Assembly: GCA_002633005.1 (NCBI GenBank)
Contig: NMRA01000030.1
Span: 528,644 to 592,643, forward strand
DNA length: 64,000 bases
Direction of reading: 5' to 3'
From: Phoronis australis
Taxonomy: Eukaryota; Animalia; Phoronida
The notes beneath the pieces are model-generated. The model was not told the origin of the DNA. It made no database searches and saw only the letters and a list, made by a program, of their open reading frames with translations. The position numbers and the translations under genes were made by a program. Positions 38,000 through 51,844 of this stretch are shown one piece after another. Numbering within the stretch: the stretch's first letter is position 1; the number at the start of each line of letters is the position of its first letter.

Positions 38000-38440
38000 T
38001 AATTTCATGTACCAACACCCATGGAAATAAAGTGAGGGCATGCGAAAGCTGCAAGGAGAAATTTAGAAAATCGCGATGTACCAGTTGCCGTAAGGGCGCT
38101 TTCTCGAACAAATAGGGGCAACGATACAATGCTCCAAATCATAATGCATGAGGTCAAGCAAAAAGTAAAGGCCTTATTGCGAAAAGAAGCAACTCTTGCA
38201 AATGAAGACCTTGCGCCTGAATCCATGACCAACTTCACTTGGGAACAGTTGCTGCCCCCTCCCCCGTTGTTACAAATATTCAAGACTATGTCATCTAGAA
38301 AACTTGAATCATGGCCACTGGTGCCACCCTTGTTCTCTTTATGCTGCCTTCTGTACAATCAGGAAAATTGTTGATCATTTAGGTTTTTGTCTACTGGATC
38401 AGCCTACAGCTGTCCATGCGCGGGCACAGCAACGTGATGA
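38000..38440 (+). pseudogene. Possible DUF6589/AcademH-type transposase fragment
   Basis: EVK..LLRK..PESMTNFTWEQL..PLL..LLYNQ..WISLQL pattern; recognised by eye only. Confidence 0.3.
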
Positions 38441-39551
38441 GTGAACAGAAATTCTCCAGTGTGATATTGTTTTCAATTTGTTCTGTAGAATTATCAAAAA
38501 AATGTTTTTTGCATACATGACAAGGTTCAATGAAAACTTCAGTAGGCCTTATGAGTATACCGGCCGACACCTCACTATTCTTGTGCTCCTTGGAAAAAGT
38601 ACGCACACTCTTTCAAGACAAAAAATATGGATCCGACTCCTTCCCCCTTCATTTCGGTCTATTCCATTATTTCCTTTGTGTAGGACTACACGTCGTTTTC
38701 CCAGCCTTCGGATTGGTCTGTTGTTATCACGTGCCTCGAGTTTGGTCAGCTCTTGGCTCTTATAGGCTGATGATTGTCACGTGTCCTTAGGGGTGTTTTC
38801 TTTGTTATGGTAACCTCGCGTTCAGTTCATCTTTGTTCCGGCCACATTGTCGTACGTTCAAAAACTTATTCAATTTTAAATTTCTTAACTTTTCCTGTGT
38901 GATACCTGCGTGCTGTCTTATATCGCCTACCTCCGTCTCCTTTTCATCTCTGGTAACGAGCTTGCGACGCGAGTATCATTTATCTATTATTCGGGACATA
39001 TGTCAATCATAAATAATATTCCTTCTTCAGATAGATCGCTCAATAAGGAAATCTTAGTTGTGAAAAATAAACCATTCCCATGTCAACAGTTATTTTCAAA
39101 ATTATGGCGAGAGAAAGCCAATTGTCATTAACTTTGACATCTGTGTTCGTCACCATTTTCGCCTTTTTGCGTTGAAAATGGCCAAACCCTCCGACTGTTA
39201 AAAAGTTGCTCCCGACTTAGACGATGGTCGCGTACCTGTGATTTAGTAGTAAATTGGCTGCGAAGACTGAGTCGCATATTGAATCCTCACTCTTTTAGGA
39301 TAAAACGCAAAACCACTAGCAGATACAGGGTTAAATCAAAATCCGTGGCCCTTTTGTATACTCTCTAATCTTAAAAATTGGTCTTTTCATTTTCCTAAAC
39401 ACTCACTGACGAACTCATATCATAATCCATGATACTATTCAAACCATGCTTTTGGTTGACATAAAATTCATGACAGCTACTTAGATCACACGAGTATTTG
39501 CGGGGCATTGGTGTACGTAAGGACGTACTAGACCAAAGTGACTTTACGTGC

Positions 39552-39860
39552 CAGGGGCGGATCCAGGATTTTGAGTTAGGGGGGGGGCAGGGCACTGTGG
39601 AACAACCAGAATTTCGGCAGATGCGCGTGCCCAGCCTAAAATGTGGGTACGCAGGGGTCTCGAATTTTTGGGTTTGTGGAGCTGTTGACTTAAAAAAAAG
39701 GTAAACGGGTTTTGTTCAGGGTTTATGCATTGTTTTATGCACACCCGGCCCTGATTCACGCATGTGTTAGTCTGAGCAATTCGCACCCGAACTCCCAAGT
39801 GGTATCTGGTAGAATTTTAGGGGGGCCATGGCCCCCTTGCCCCCCCTAAATCTGCCACTG
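39552..39860. mobile_element. hAT-type MITE family F (TIR CAGKGGCGGATY.AG, 5-bp TSD); copies at 43159-43240 and 53449-54438, and an end at ~32030-32056
   Basis: TIRs with G/C tracts; flanks CTAGC/CTAGC, ACAGG/ACGGG and CGTGC/CACGC. Confidence 0.78.
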
Positions 39861-40944
39861 CACGCGTTACTACGTCTGTGGAAAATCTGATTTAGGATCT
39901 GACGGTCACTTGATAGTGTTTCCAATTAAAAAAATCAGCTGTTTCATGCCTCACAAACTGTACATATTGACAGATTTGAGGTTACGTTAGTGCAACCGTG
40001 ATTTTCTAAGGACAGTATGTCAACGTCGTTTAATCTGCCCTTGCATAAAAAACTTTCATACGTAATTAACTGATTACAAAACCGGTACTATCACCCCGAA
40101 ATTTGTTTAGTTTTCGGCAAAATTAAGTGTACTTTTATGGGTGGTGCAGCACTGAAAAAGTGAGGGCTATAGCCTCCCCAGCTCCAGCCCCCTATAGTGC
40201 GCCGCCTACGTCTTAACAACACGGCAAATGCACGGCTGGTTCCCGGCAGCACATATGCAGAGGGCGGGGACTTCAGCTTTCAAAGTTTGCCGGTAGGACC
40301 GCAACTTCTGACCTTCGGCCTGGTTTAAAGAATGAGATATCTCTTGGCATGCGCCGAGTGAAAATGGTGAGTTCACGATTTTGGGACTGCTCGAAGAAAA
40401 AGTTTGATAACGGGAGTATTTTTTTCGAGTTCATAACGTGGAGTTGTCGTGAGGACTCGATTGGGACCTCAGGGGTCTCACGCTCCACCGGCTTATCTAC
40501 ACTAATTTGAAAAGGCTTTGTCCAGTCACACGTTGTGGGTCATAAATCGACAACAGCTGACGCGACAAGCAGAACTATACTTTCGTTTACTTCATTGGTG
40601 CACTAACTGGAGAAATTTAGAATTAGACTTTTAAACACTATCCGTCATTGTCAACTTTTTTCGGAAGACTTAAATCTAATGTAGTTTGCGCAAAGACGAT
40701 GCGCGATTTTGAGAGGTGTATTGATGATGATCAATGTTAAAACGGAGAGCAAATAAGTGCGTAGTTTATCATCCAATCGGTAGTTTTGCGAGAAAGTGAC
40801 AACCTTGCCGAAACTGAATATTACAAAAAAAATAATTGCAGGCGGTCTGATACACGTAGTACCAGACGTGCGCAGGTACTCGCACGTGGGCCCATTGCAC
40901 TGATCACCTGGAAATATTTTTATGCTTTATTAATATATGGTTAA

Positions 40945-41063
40945 AACTGAGCTGAGGAGCTAGAAACCTGGCTCAAGGGTTTAGCAGTGTGACCTGGTGG
41001 GACTTGAACCCACGACCTCGAGTAAAGAAAGCGGGCACTTATCAACCAGGCCACACTGCCTCC
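40945..41063 (-). mobile_element. tRNA-derived SINE head
   Basis: Pol III A box TGGCCTGGTTGA and B box GGTTCAAGTCC; no intact cloverleaf. Confidence 0.65.
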
Positions 41064-44000
41064 TCTTCCGAAACTGAATAACGGAAACCCTTGAAAATCA
41101 TTATAAGCGAGAAATATTTTCTGATGTTTAGGCTCATTAACTTTAAGTAAACGAAATGTCGCAAATATGTTCGTTTTCTCTTGCGCGCTCATAATCAGAT
41201 TCCTATAACTGTTAAGGCCAAAAACCTAGTTTGCAAACATCTAGACTAAAATCTTGATGGTATCGTATTTTGCCAGCGACCATACACGGTATAAAAATGA
41301 ATTAAAAGCTGAATTAGGCGAAACTTGACTTGATGGAATTCTCGTCATGGAACGCATAAATATCACCATCATCTTCGTGTCAAAATTGCCAACTAAAACT
41401 CGAGGGGGAGGGCATGAACCTTAAAATCCTGGCTAGTACGCATTTTCGTTTTAGCGAACTTCAAAAATAGGGCATGGTGGAGTGTTTGAAGGAGCCAAAA
41501 TCCATCCAAGTCGAAGTGGCCATAACGGAGCGATATGGAGATTTAAAATGACGTGATTTATCCATTTTTTTTCAGTTGCTGTGTACCTAAATTAACAGGC
41601 ACAGAAAAAATGACTTACATTACGCTTTTCTGAAACACACCTCAGCGAAATCGTCAAAGAAAAAAAGCGCTTCTTGCCACCTAAAACAGACAAAAACAAC
41701 CAAAGCACGCATCGCGTCGCTTGCCTGAAAAAGTAACTCTTTCACTTGTTTTTTGTGGTTAGACATGTGATGTTTACCCATATTTTTGGTCGTGGCCCCC
41801 TGCAACAGGCTACTACTTCAATTGTCACGTATATATTGACGATGTCCAAATTTAGCTGCCCCACCAGTTCCCTGGGTTTCATGTTTTGTAATTCAAAGTG
41901 ATTGCATAAACTTAGGAATAAATGCTAGTTACAGGCACTGCGTTCATAAAGAGTAAGAAAACAAAAACCCAGCGGCGTACAATCACCTCGTTTTGGCAAT
42001 GCATTGTGTGCATTCCACATAACAAGTAGGCCACTCTTCAGATTAGTGCTTTCACAATGAAAATAACAGTAAGATTTCCCAATAGTGTAATGTATATTGT
42101 ACATGAGAATTTCAAATGTTAAAATGACTAGTTGTTCATACTATGGGAAAAGCAATAAGGGACACAGGCACTAGCAATAATAAACTTTTCAGTATAAATA
42201 TTGCCCTTCATAGGATGAGCAAAACATGCACTAAGTACTGTTGAGATAACCTACCGGAGATCTTTGAAACTAACAATTATAAACTCTGCAATATAAACAA
42301 TACCCTTTATACAATGAACATGTAACAAATATACACACCCAAATAGTGTTACATGCAATCCCTCACCTGATGAGATCATCCATGAGTATGATTCCCTCTG
42401 TGTAAACAATAACTCACATGGTGAGCAAAACATTTATAGTGGGACTTAACTACAACATAACAGCTTTCAAAATTTATGTCATAGCATTACAAGGTTCTAC
42501 TACTTAACAAAACACCATAAGTGATATAACTGCTGAGATCACTACCTTCACAACGAAAAGTTATCAATATAAAAATATATGTAACATGAGCTTGAGCAAA
42601 GTATCGGTAGGACTGCACAATACTGCTATCCCTGGTGGAACCAGTCACTGAAAACTGCAATAGATTTCACACCTCACAAGATGACAATAATATGTATACA
42701 AGAATTTGCTTTTTAAGATCAACCATGTGGAAATGACAGGGTCATTGCAGAATTTAGTAAAAAAATCTGCATTTCAGCCTAAAAAACAATCATTTTCAAA
42801 ACCACACCAGGAGTCACTGAATAAAAACACTAAAAGAGACAGTATGTATTTCACTTCATGGGATGCAAAAAATAAGTATCCTAAACTGAAAAGATCAGTC
42901 ATCCAAGGCTTGAAGAATATTCAAAATAAATACACTTGTTAAGCAATAAACTAGTGGCAACAATAATGGACACATGTCGCAATAAATACACCCCTAGTTT
43001 TTTAGGAGCAAAACTAGCATTTCAACCTCAACAATGCGGAAACATCACAAGCAGCTTACACATTTCCAAAACCACACAGGCAATACTGATGTGTACATGA
43101 ATGAGGTGCACATTTGGAGAAAAAGTAAAATATTCTCCCTAGTTGTGAATGTCCTAGCCAGTGGCGGATTTAGAAGGGGGCCAGGCTAATAGTCTGCCCT
43201 GCCCCCCCCCCCCTAACACAAAATCCTGGATCCGCCCATGCTAGCTGCACGAAGCATCTAGGTCATTCACTGAATGCCAGGCACATATCATACTATGCAT
43301 TCATATACATGCGAGTAGGACATTCTCACTGACCACAATGGTCAACAAAGCTGCATGCAGAATACTACCTTGGCATCTCAGAGCATTTGATATACACACA
43401 ACATTCGAAATGAGTAGAAGGCACACTAATAAATGCTCTGGAGGGGCCCTTAAATCCAGTAAGGTGAGCTATGAGCAGAAAAAACAGCTTTTCAAACAAA
43501 TTTCCAAACACAGTGCAGCACTTTCAAACATGATTAAGTGCCAAAAATACTGGAATTGATACCTGGGCCCTGTCATTGATCTTTTTACAGGAAATGGAAC
43601 TCGAAATTACGNGTGGCGGTATTCAGCAAGCACGTAGGGCCTACTTGTGAGTCACCTGTCAATCACATGTTGGTGTCAAGGTAACATGCACTCCAAAGTG
43701 TGGGAACTTGCGCACGTGCACCACTACAAATCAGTCACACATAGCGACAGTCCGAAGTAACAAAAACGGGCGTGATTATGTACTTTTAAGCTGTTGTTAC
43801 GAAAGACCCAGTTCTTTACGATATTCCCCCGTTGCCAATGTTCCCCAAAACTGCGATGTCAAGTCTATTCCCATATTTCCCAGCTCGATGCTCCCTAAGC
43901 CCATCCCTGTAACTAGCTGCGTGACCACTATCGTCAAGCAGTCTACGTCGTAGATATTTCAGACTCGAATGGTAAGAATTTTTATTCAGGCTGAAAATGG

Positions 44001-45699
44001 CCAATGTATGAACAAAACTATTCCGGATGGCTAAAAAGGGGATGGGGAAACGATAATTCACACAGTCACGCTTACGTGGTGGCTGACGCACGAAATAGTA
44101 AAGAACAGCCAGCGACATTAGTTGAATCTGCTAACCAGTTTGACTGAGATGCAATAAGCGAAAAACAAAATTTGACTAGCCGTTTTTTATTACTTCAAGA
44201 TCATACACAAACATACATTATTGCCAACGTTTGAATTCAGAAATCGACAGACAGCAACGAAATCGGTAACCCAGTAAGGCACTTCTACTGTCCCTTCGGT
44301 CGCCCCTCATCCTCTATAACCCGGCAGTTATATTCATCAAAATAAGCAGAGCTTGGAATGAGGAATAACAAAAACAGAGGAGAACGTTCCAGCTACTGTA
44401 TGATACACAAAAAATAGGCTTGTGTGATAGACATTTTTGGCTGTAAGATTTATCTGAACTAAACATTTAATAAAGTCGAAAAAGATGATAAAAAGAGGAA
44501 ACTGGAAATCAAATAAGAGGAAGATCGACACCAAAAAAGAATTCCTCTTAAAAGACGAAATTCCTGAGCCCTGATCAAGTCTGTATTCTCCAGGCTTCAA
44601 CATGTACATAAATGCAACTGTCAAGAAGTATACCTTCTTGAAATTGTCAAGGCAAGCTCTCTGAAATGTAAACAATCCCTGTTTTGGTGGTGTGATTTTA
44701 AAACTTCTGGTGCTGGTGACCTTGTGCACGTGCAGTAGTGTATCACAACTTACACTCATGTAGTCAGAAGTTCACATCACTGTTTGGAAGGGCAATTAAC
44801 ATTTTGAGTGTTGCTCAATGCTCAGGACTCAGGAGTTTTAAAATTATGAAGAAATGGAAGTTTTGGGAAGCAGTTGAACGAATTAGAAACCAACAATGAA
44901 AACATGAAAAGAAACCGAACCCCACAAAACGCTTAAATGAGTGGTTCGAAAAAGAGGAGATAAAAGTACATGTGCACTGTCAAGCAAGAGCTGCAGGTAA
45001 GAAAAGGTTCAGCAATTGAAATACAGTTTACTCACTGGAATCTGTGCTAAATATTAAAGTAAGCAATCCAGGTGTAGAGTGAACTGGATTATTTTGTAAA
45101 CAAAAGTCAAGAGTGAACAATAAGGGCCAGGTGTGTAGGATTAAGGGTTAGGCTAGTACTGGTATGCAGAATACAATGGCTTATCAATTATGTCATCAAG
45201 TTCAGTCAACAGAGAGTGCACTTATAGCAAGGGGGTTGGGGGATCTACAAGAAAACAAGGAAATGAAACATAAACAAATGTAAAGAAAAGAGAAAAATTA
45301 AGGTAAGAAAGACATATGGCTCAGCTGCAGAATGCTGTCTCCACCTCTTATTAATAAAACTTAAAGGGTAATTTAAAGCAATGGCTTGACATTATTTCAT
45401 TTGCGAATTACACCATTCGAAAAATTCTGGATCAGTTGAAAATCCCAGAATACCAATTCAATCCGACAACATCGGACTTGTTACAGTAAATCTACTTTAC
45501 AAAGAACAAAAACAACATTGAAGGCACCATGGTAAATTCGTCCAGATGTGGTACAAGCAATTTCATGAACACACAATCCCACGTAAACACGGTATACTTT
45601 ATTTGTACAGCCAACAGCATCATGCGAGCATAAGTGATGATAAAAAATACTTATGTTTTTCTTCACCAGGTCCCGAGCACGACATAGTCGATCGGCTCA

Positions 45700-45856
45700 G
45701 CCTCTCACGAATCACGGCTCGACGAGCTGGACAAACTCAGACGGCCATCCAGGAAAACCGACATGAATTCCCGGCGCTGTCATTTACTCCCCGCACAGTT
45801 ACTTCCGCCCAATGGCCGTTTTCGTCAACTGCCTGCATTTTCTGTCCATCTTCCAT
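45700..45856 (-). pseudogene. Frameshifted Tudor/MBT/chromo-barrel-like domain fragment
   Basis: MEDGQKMQAVDENGHWAEVTVRGVNDSA, then after a frameshift GIHVGFPGWPSEFVQLV. Confidence 0.5.
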
Positions 45857-46028
45857 TTTGAATCGGCTACTTTTGAGTTGAGAGCAAAGACAACTACTCA
45901 GCCATCCTCACGTGTTGTACCGGAGTCTTACTACTCACCACCATGCGCGAGTTTGGTCCTTATAGACATGTTCACCAAAATGAAATTGCTGTTGTATACT
46001 ACTAATATATAGCGTACGATTTTACTTA

Positions 46029-46845
46029 CCGTAAACGTTCGGGTTAACGCCCATGCTCAGTTAACCGCCCACCCCCTACTTTAGATGGATTTTCGATTTA
46101 ACCGCCCACTGCTCGGTTAAGCGCCCCCCTGCGATTTTGGAAGATTTCCAGTTAAGCGCCCACCCCCGACTTTTAAAGAATGAAGACTTAGCGCCCAGTG
46201 CTAAGGAAACGTGCGATTTCCCGACTTCTAAGATCGATGATCACAAAGAGCGCAACGACGCCGGGCTTCCGATAGGGTACTGGTTTAGCAATGTGAATTA
46301 CACTTCAAGTAACGAGTTATTGTCTTGGGTCATGGACTCACTTCAAAATATAATACTTGGAACGTTTTTGTCACTTTATTGTCTTCCCAAGTTTAAGAAC
46401 GCCGCCGGTGTCAAAACGTCCGCTTTCAGCGACTTTATCTGCCGCGCTGAGTTTCCATCTGTAGTGCAAAAGATAAAACATATATTCGAAAAAATCAGGC
46501 CAGAGAAATGTGACAATGGTTTTGTCAACCCTCCAAATTCTGTTAAGGTGGGAAGCTCTCGTATTTTGAACAAATCTCACAACTCACGGAAAGATGTCAA
46601 ATTCTCAATATTTTGATGAATGTAACTGCGGAGTTATAGAGGATGTGTGGCGACCGAAGGGACAGTGCAAGTGCCTTACTGGGTTACCGATTTCGTTGCT
46701 GCCTATCGATTTCTGAATTCAAAGATCGACAATAATATATGTTTGTGTATGATCTTGAGGTACCCGGTAATAAAAAACGTTTAAGCGCCCATGTCTGGTT
46801 AACCGCTCACCCACGATTTTTTGGGTTTGCCAATTTAACCGCCCA
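46029..46845 (+). mobile_element. pogo/Tc1-like MITE left end; 46625-46780 has an inverted copy at 44180-44325
   Basis: TA-CCGTAAACGTTCGGGTTAACGCCC terminus and repeated TTAA(C/G)CGCCC subterminal motifs; right TIR not seen. Confidence 0.55.
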
Positions 46846-49800
46846 AACGCACGAGTCATATTTCTTCAGGAAGCCCATATCACCAAACCTTCGGCTTCGT
46901 GGGCAATAAAATGTAATCGTCCGAATAGATCTGTCGACCACAGATCTACCCTGTGGTTTTTCTCTTGATCCCATGCAGACCATACCGAGTTGCTCCAGCT
47001 GCCAACTCAGGACGGTCTCTCACGAGGTTTTAGTGTTATAAATGGAAGGAATTAAACACATCGACAACCTCCTAAAATGTTCCTCTATGCGCAAAAGGTA
47101 TTTATAACAATTTGTGACTTTGATGCTTTAGTCGGTGCGAGGCATAATTCGCCGAAAAGCTTCCGGCATATATGGAGCGCCTAATAGGAGCTGCATCGCC
47201 TCTGGTCGGGCCAACAGAAGCGATGGTCACTGTCTACCTAAGCCCCAGACAACTTTTAGGATCCCTATTCAGCACGCCCTTTGTATTGATGTAGACTGAG
47301 CTAATGAAGTGGAAACGTAATAGCTAGCACTACTTTAATATTGGAATGTGTTTATGACAGGTTTTCATGGTTTATTAGCTTATTTGCATAACGCTAAATC
47401 GTCGTGAGAGACCATCCGGAGTTGGTATATGGTGCATTAACTCCGGACGGTCTGGGCTCAACAGAAAGCCACAGTTCTACTGTGAGTCTAAACTAATGTG
47501 ATAAACGAGAGTAGTTGTACTTGCCGCGTCAGCTGCAGGTCATCTTTATCTCTTTAGTGATACAAAGTGTGTAATTGGGCACAGCTTTTTCAAAAATGAG
47601 TGTACAAAAGCCAGTGGAGCTTGAGACCCCTCAGGTCCCTGTCAAGTCCTCACGACAATTCTAGGTTATGATACATGTTCAGTTTAAAGTTTTTATTGTT
47701 AACTCTTGACATATATCCCAGCCCAAGCTACATCTTCCCCATTTGGTTAGTTTTGTATTTGGCGCACATTCTGATTGGTCGAATATGTTCACTTGCAAGT
47801 TATATGTACACCAGTAGCTTTTAATACATCATACCGAACACAAGTATTTTTCTCATCAAACCACCTCGGGTTTTATCCATACACAATATAACCCACATCT
47901 TTTTGCATTTTGCCGTGACCCTCAACTCTAGTCTCATGGATGTAATATGGCTAAAGGCAAAACGGACTGCTCAGAAGGGGTAAATCACAATGCTACTCAA
48001 ACGTCTCACCAACCTACCCAACGATTCCCATCAAGCAACGCCACTTCTGGATACCCTCAATGATTAACTGAATGCTGTCAAGGAACTAAACAACCAGGGC
48101 ACCTGGCCCCAACAAACTTGGAAATTTCAAATTTTTGACATTAATTTTCTGTGAGTTGCATTTGTTAAACAATTTTTTGTTTTATATGATGATTTAGTTC
48201 AATGTTTGCAAAGTACAAAACACTAAATTTTTTGATGATATCTTCTAAGAAATTTTCGCAAGACAGCTCAATTATGTAAGTTGAGTGCGTGTGACAGACG
48301 TACGTAGCGGACGTACCCTCTCAATTTCTAGTATTAAATTGTTTGTTGTGACTAAGATATCTATTCAGAATGATTCAAATTTTTGCAGTATTTAAAAGGG
48401 GACTGTAGTCAAAATAATGTTGCAGTTAATCGGTTCTAAGATAGAAATAAAACTCATATTTGCCTGACTTGCATGCCAAACAAAAGCCGATTCATATTCA
48501 TGGTTAAAACACTGAATCCTGAAAGCGATCGCTGATTGGCTGATGTGTCAGTGACGTGAATGACGGGGTATCGGCTGCTTTACACATTCATTGCTTATGT
48601 CATGTTTTGAATTTACCTAAACATCATTCAACAAAGAATGGACTCACCGGAGACAGCCAAAGAGTTGTTATCTCTGCGACGAAGGATGTTAAAGTTGAGT
48701 CTCCGATGAGTTGCCAGCAGTCACTGGTACGGTGCGCGGCTTTAGACCCTCTGCGGCTGGGTTAAAGATCTTTTATAGGCCTAACTATCCCCAATTCCCG
48801 TACCAGGGTGAATTTCAAAAATAACTTGACTTGGCTGCGCAATTTTTCATTGTATCAATCGTCCTTATTTTTATTGTTTGCTACAGTGTTGATTGGGCAA
48901 AAATATATCACTAAGCCTGGGGGTTGTTTTTATTGTGCTTTTGTCGACTTTTCGAAGGCGTTTAACAGATCCCCACGATCTGGTATAGATTACAAGAAAT
49001 TGGTGTCCATTGTAACTTACTTAAAGTCCTGAAATCTATGTATAGCAAATTACGTTCATGTATAAGGACCCGAGAAGGGTTAACCAACTTTTTTGACTGT
49101 TCTGTCAGCACCAGACAAGGGTGTATGATCAGCNTGCCGAAGGCAGTGCACATTTGAAATAACTCGGCACAAATTAAAGAAAACTTCCGAATCGATGAAT
49201 GCGGTATATCTGTGAGAGTTAAATCGAATCCTATTCAGATCATAACTTTGAAGTGGAATAATTCGGTGAGTACAACAGCAAGTCGGTTTTATGCTTAGGC
49301 GGACGAACATTGGGCTCCCCAGTATAGATTACAAGAAATTGGTGTCCATTGTAACTTACTTAAAGTCCTGAAATCTATGTATAGCAAATTACGTTCATGT
49401 ATAAGGACCCGAGAAGGGTTAACCAACTTTTTTGACTGTTCTGTCAGCACCAGACAAGGGTGTATGATCAGCCCACTATTGTTTATCATTTATCTTAACA
49501 AATTTATCGAAGTCCTAGATAATCCCCAAAATATTAAAGGGATTTATATCAGTGAAGAGGCGCCGCAAGTCAAATCACTGTTGTATGCTGATGACATGGT
49601 TCTGTGTTGGAGCACTCAAATTAATTTGCAAAGAATGTTAAACTGCCTTTAAGATTATTGCTCTTCTTGGGGCATGAGTAAATCTGAAAAACATTGTTTT
49701 TAGAAATGTCAGGCCTGACTCAGAGCATATGACAAGTGGTATTGTGGAAATCATTTAGTGGAGTTAATGTCTCCCAATATAAATATCTTGGAATATTTTT

Positions 49801-51844
49801 TACACCAAGATTAGTATGGTTCAAAGCCATTAAAACACTGGCACGTCAATCTCTAAAATTAGAAACCGGTGCAAGGAATTGACATTGAGGCTATCACTTG
49901 AACTGTTTGATAAAATTGCTGTGCCAACTATGTGCTGCGGTGCGGAAATCTGGGGATTCAAAGAATATGAATGGCTTGAAAATTTATATGTTAAATTCTG
50001 TAAAAGTGCTCCTGGATCGGTTGGCAACTCTTGCTCAGATGCAGCTGTATTGGGTGAATGTGGAATTTATCTGCTCTATGCAAAGTACTATGTCACATGT
50101 GTAATATATATTGGCTAAAGTTGTTGAAAATGCCACCTACTAGATACGATAAAGCGGCTTATGATATGTTAGCCGATTTAGATCGGAATAGGAGAAATAC
50201 CTGGATATCTTCTGTAAGACAATTACTATCAAAATAGTTTTTATGAAATTTGGTTGAATCAAGGTGTCACGTGCGAAGTCTCACATTTAAGTGTCTTCAC
50301 GCAAGAGTTAATGACTGCTATGAGCAAGGTTGGCGAACAGAAATTGAGCATAATGCAAAACTTAAAGGCAAAGGCAACCTTTTTTCATGTCATTTCTAGT
50401 AAAAAAGGTTCGTTGATTATCCCAGACATATTTTTCATTTAATTACAGGTTTTTGTAATTTAAACACTTACTCGTCCTTTATTCCGGAGGTGACATTTGG
50501 GAGGCAAGTATTTCGTGCCAATTTCTTTTCATACAGTCTGACTGTGAGAGCTGCCGATTCAGTCATTGTTCTACCTCTGTTGTGTTTAGTTTGGTCGTCG
50601 TTTGCTTTTGTTTACGACGAGTCAGTCAACATGCCACACTGTTGCTGCTTGTAACCGAGATGTACTCATTATCGTCTCACGCACAGAGGAACAATTGTCC
50701 CACTTGCCAGAGTGTCCCACGACACGCTCCCACTGGATGGTGACCTGAGCACACAAACTGTTTACATCCCGCCGTGTGACTCCCTCGCCACACACCTGAC
50801 ACCTTCTGAATAGCTCCAATACTTTAGACAAGTCATCAATAAACTTAACAAAGTTTGGCTCACTAATCTTAGTCCGGGAGCCAGGGGGCTAAACCTGTTT
50901 GCCGGATAAAGTTTTTTCTTTGCTTTTTTATGTAGCCTAGCATTAAATAACCATGATTTAGGGTGCCGGGTGACTATTCACAACCCTTGAGCGTTTTATG
51001 CAAATTAAGGTCGCCATTATGCAAAATTTAATTTTGCTTATAATTTCCTTACCAAGCACTGCAGCCAGATAACTTTGACGTTTTTACCCATACTTTCATG
51101 GTCAACGAATTTAACAGTGCAAGTTTTTTGGTAAATACATTGTCAATTTGCATAATTTATGCAAATTAAGGCCGTCATTATGAAAAATTCTGTTTTTGCT
51201 TATAATTTCCTTACCAAGTACTGCAGGCAGGTTATTTTAATGCTTCCACCGATGTTTCCATGGTCAATGAATTAAATAGTGCAAGTTTTTTTGGTGAATA
51301 CATTGTTAATTTGCATAATATATGCAAATTAAGGCGGCCTATTTATTCAAAATTCTTCTTGTGTTTATAGCTACTGAACCAGGCATCATAGATGAACTAT
51401 CATGATATTTGCACCTAATTCTTTTGGTCAATTAGTTTAATGAAATCGATTTGCATGTTTTCTGCATGATAAAATGGCATAGTTAATGCAAATTTGCATA
51501 ACTGATGCACATTAAGGGCGCCATTATTCAAAATTCTACTTGTGCTTATAGCTGCGGTACCAAGCACCACAGGTTAACTCTCATGATATTTGAACCTATG
51601 TTCCTGTTTTGTCAATTCAGGTTAATGAAATCAGTTTGTAAGTATGCATGAAAATTAGCGTAATTCATGCAAATAAAGGCACCCATTATTAAAAAGTCTG
51701 TTTCTGCTTGTAACTTTCTTACGGGGGGGGGGGCACTACATGTAGATTGTTTTGATATTTTGCTACTTTTGTCTGATACCCACAGTATACATAGTAGATG
51801 ACCAAATTGTTTACTAAATTGTACATCACTTTTTGGCCATCAAG

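Noticed and set aside
38450-38900. SAP-like peptide (QEKLRNLKLNKFLNVRQCGRNKDELNARL) on the minus strand
   Set aside because: It is short, surrounded by stops, and cannot be assigned without a profile search
40945-41063. Functional tRNA genes here and at 54120-54200
   Set aside because: A and B boxes are present but the acceptor and anticodon stems do not pair; they are better explained as SINE heads
46137-46616. 159-aa ORF as a gene
   Set aside because: It lies inside a MITE-like repeat, has no recognisable domain and has a non-ATG start
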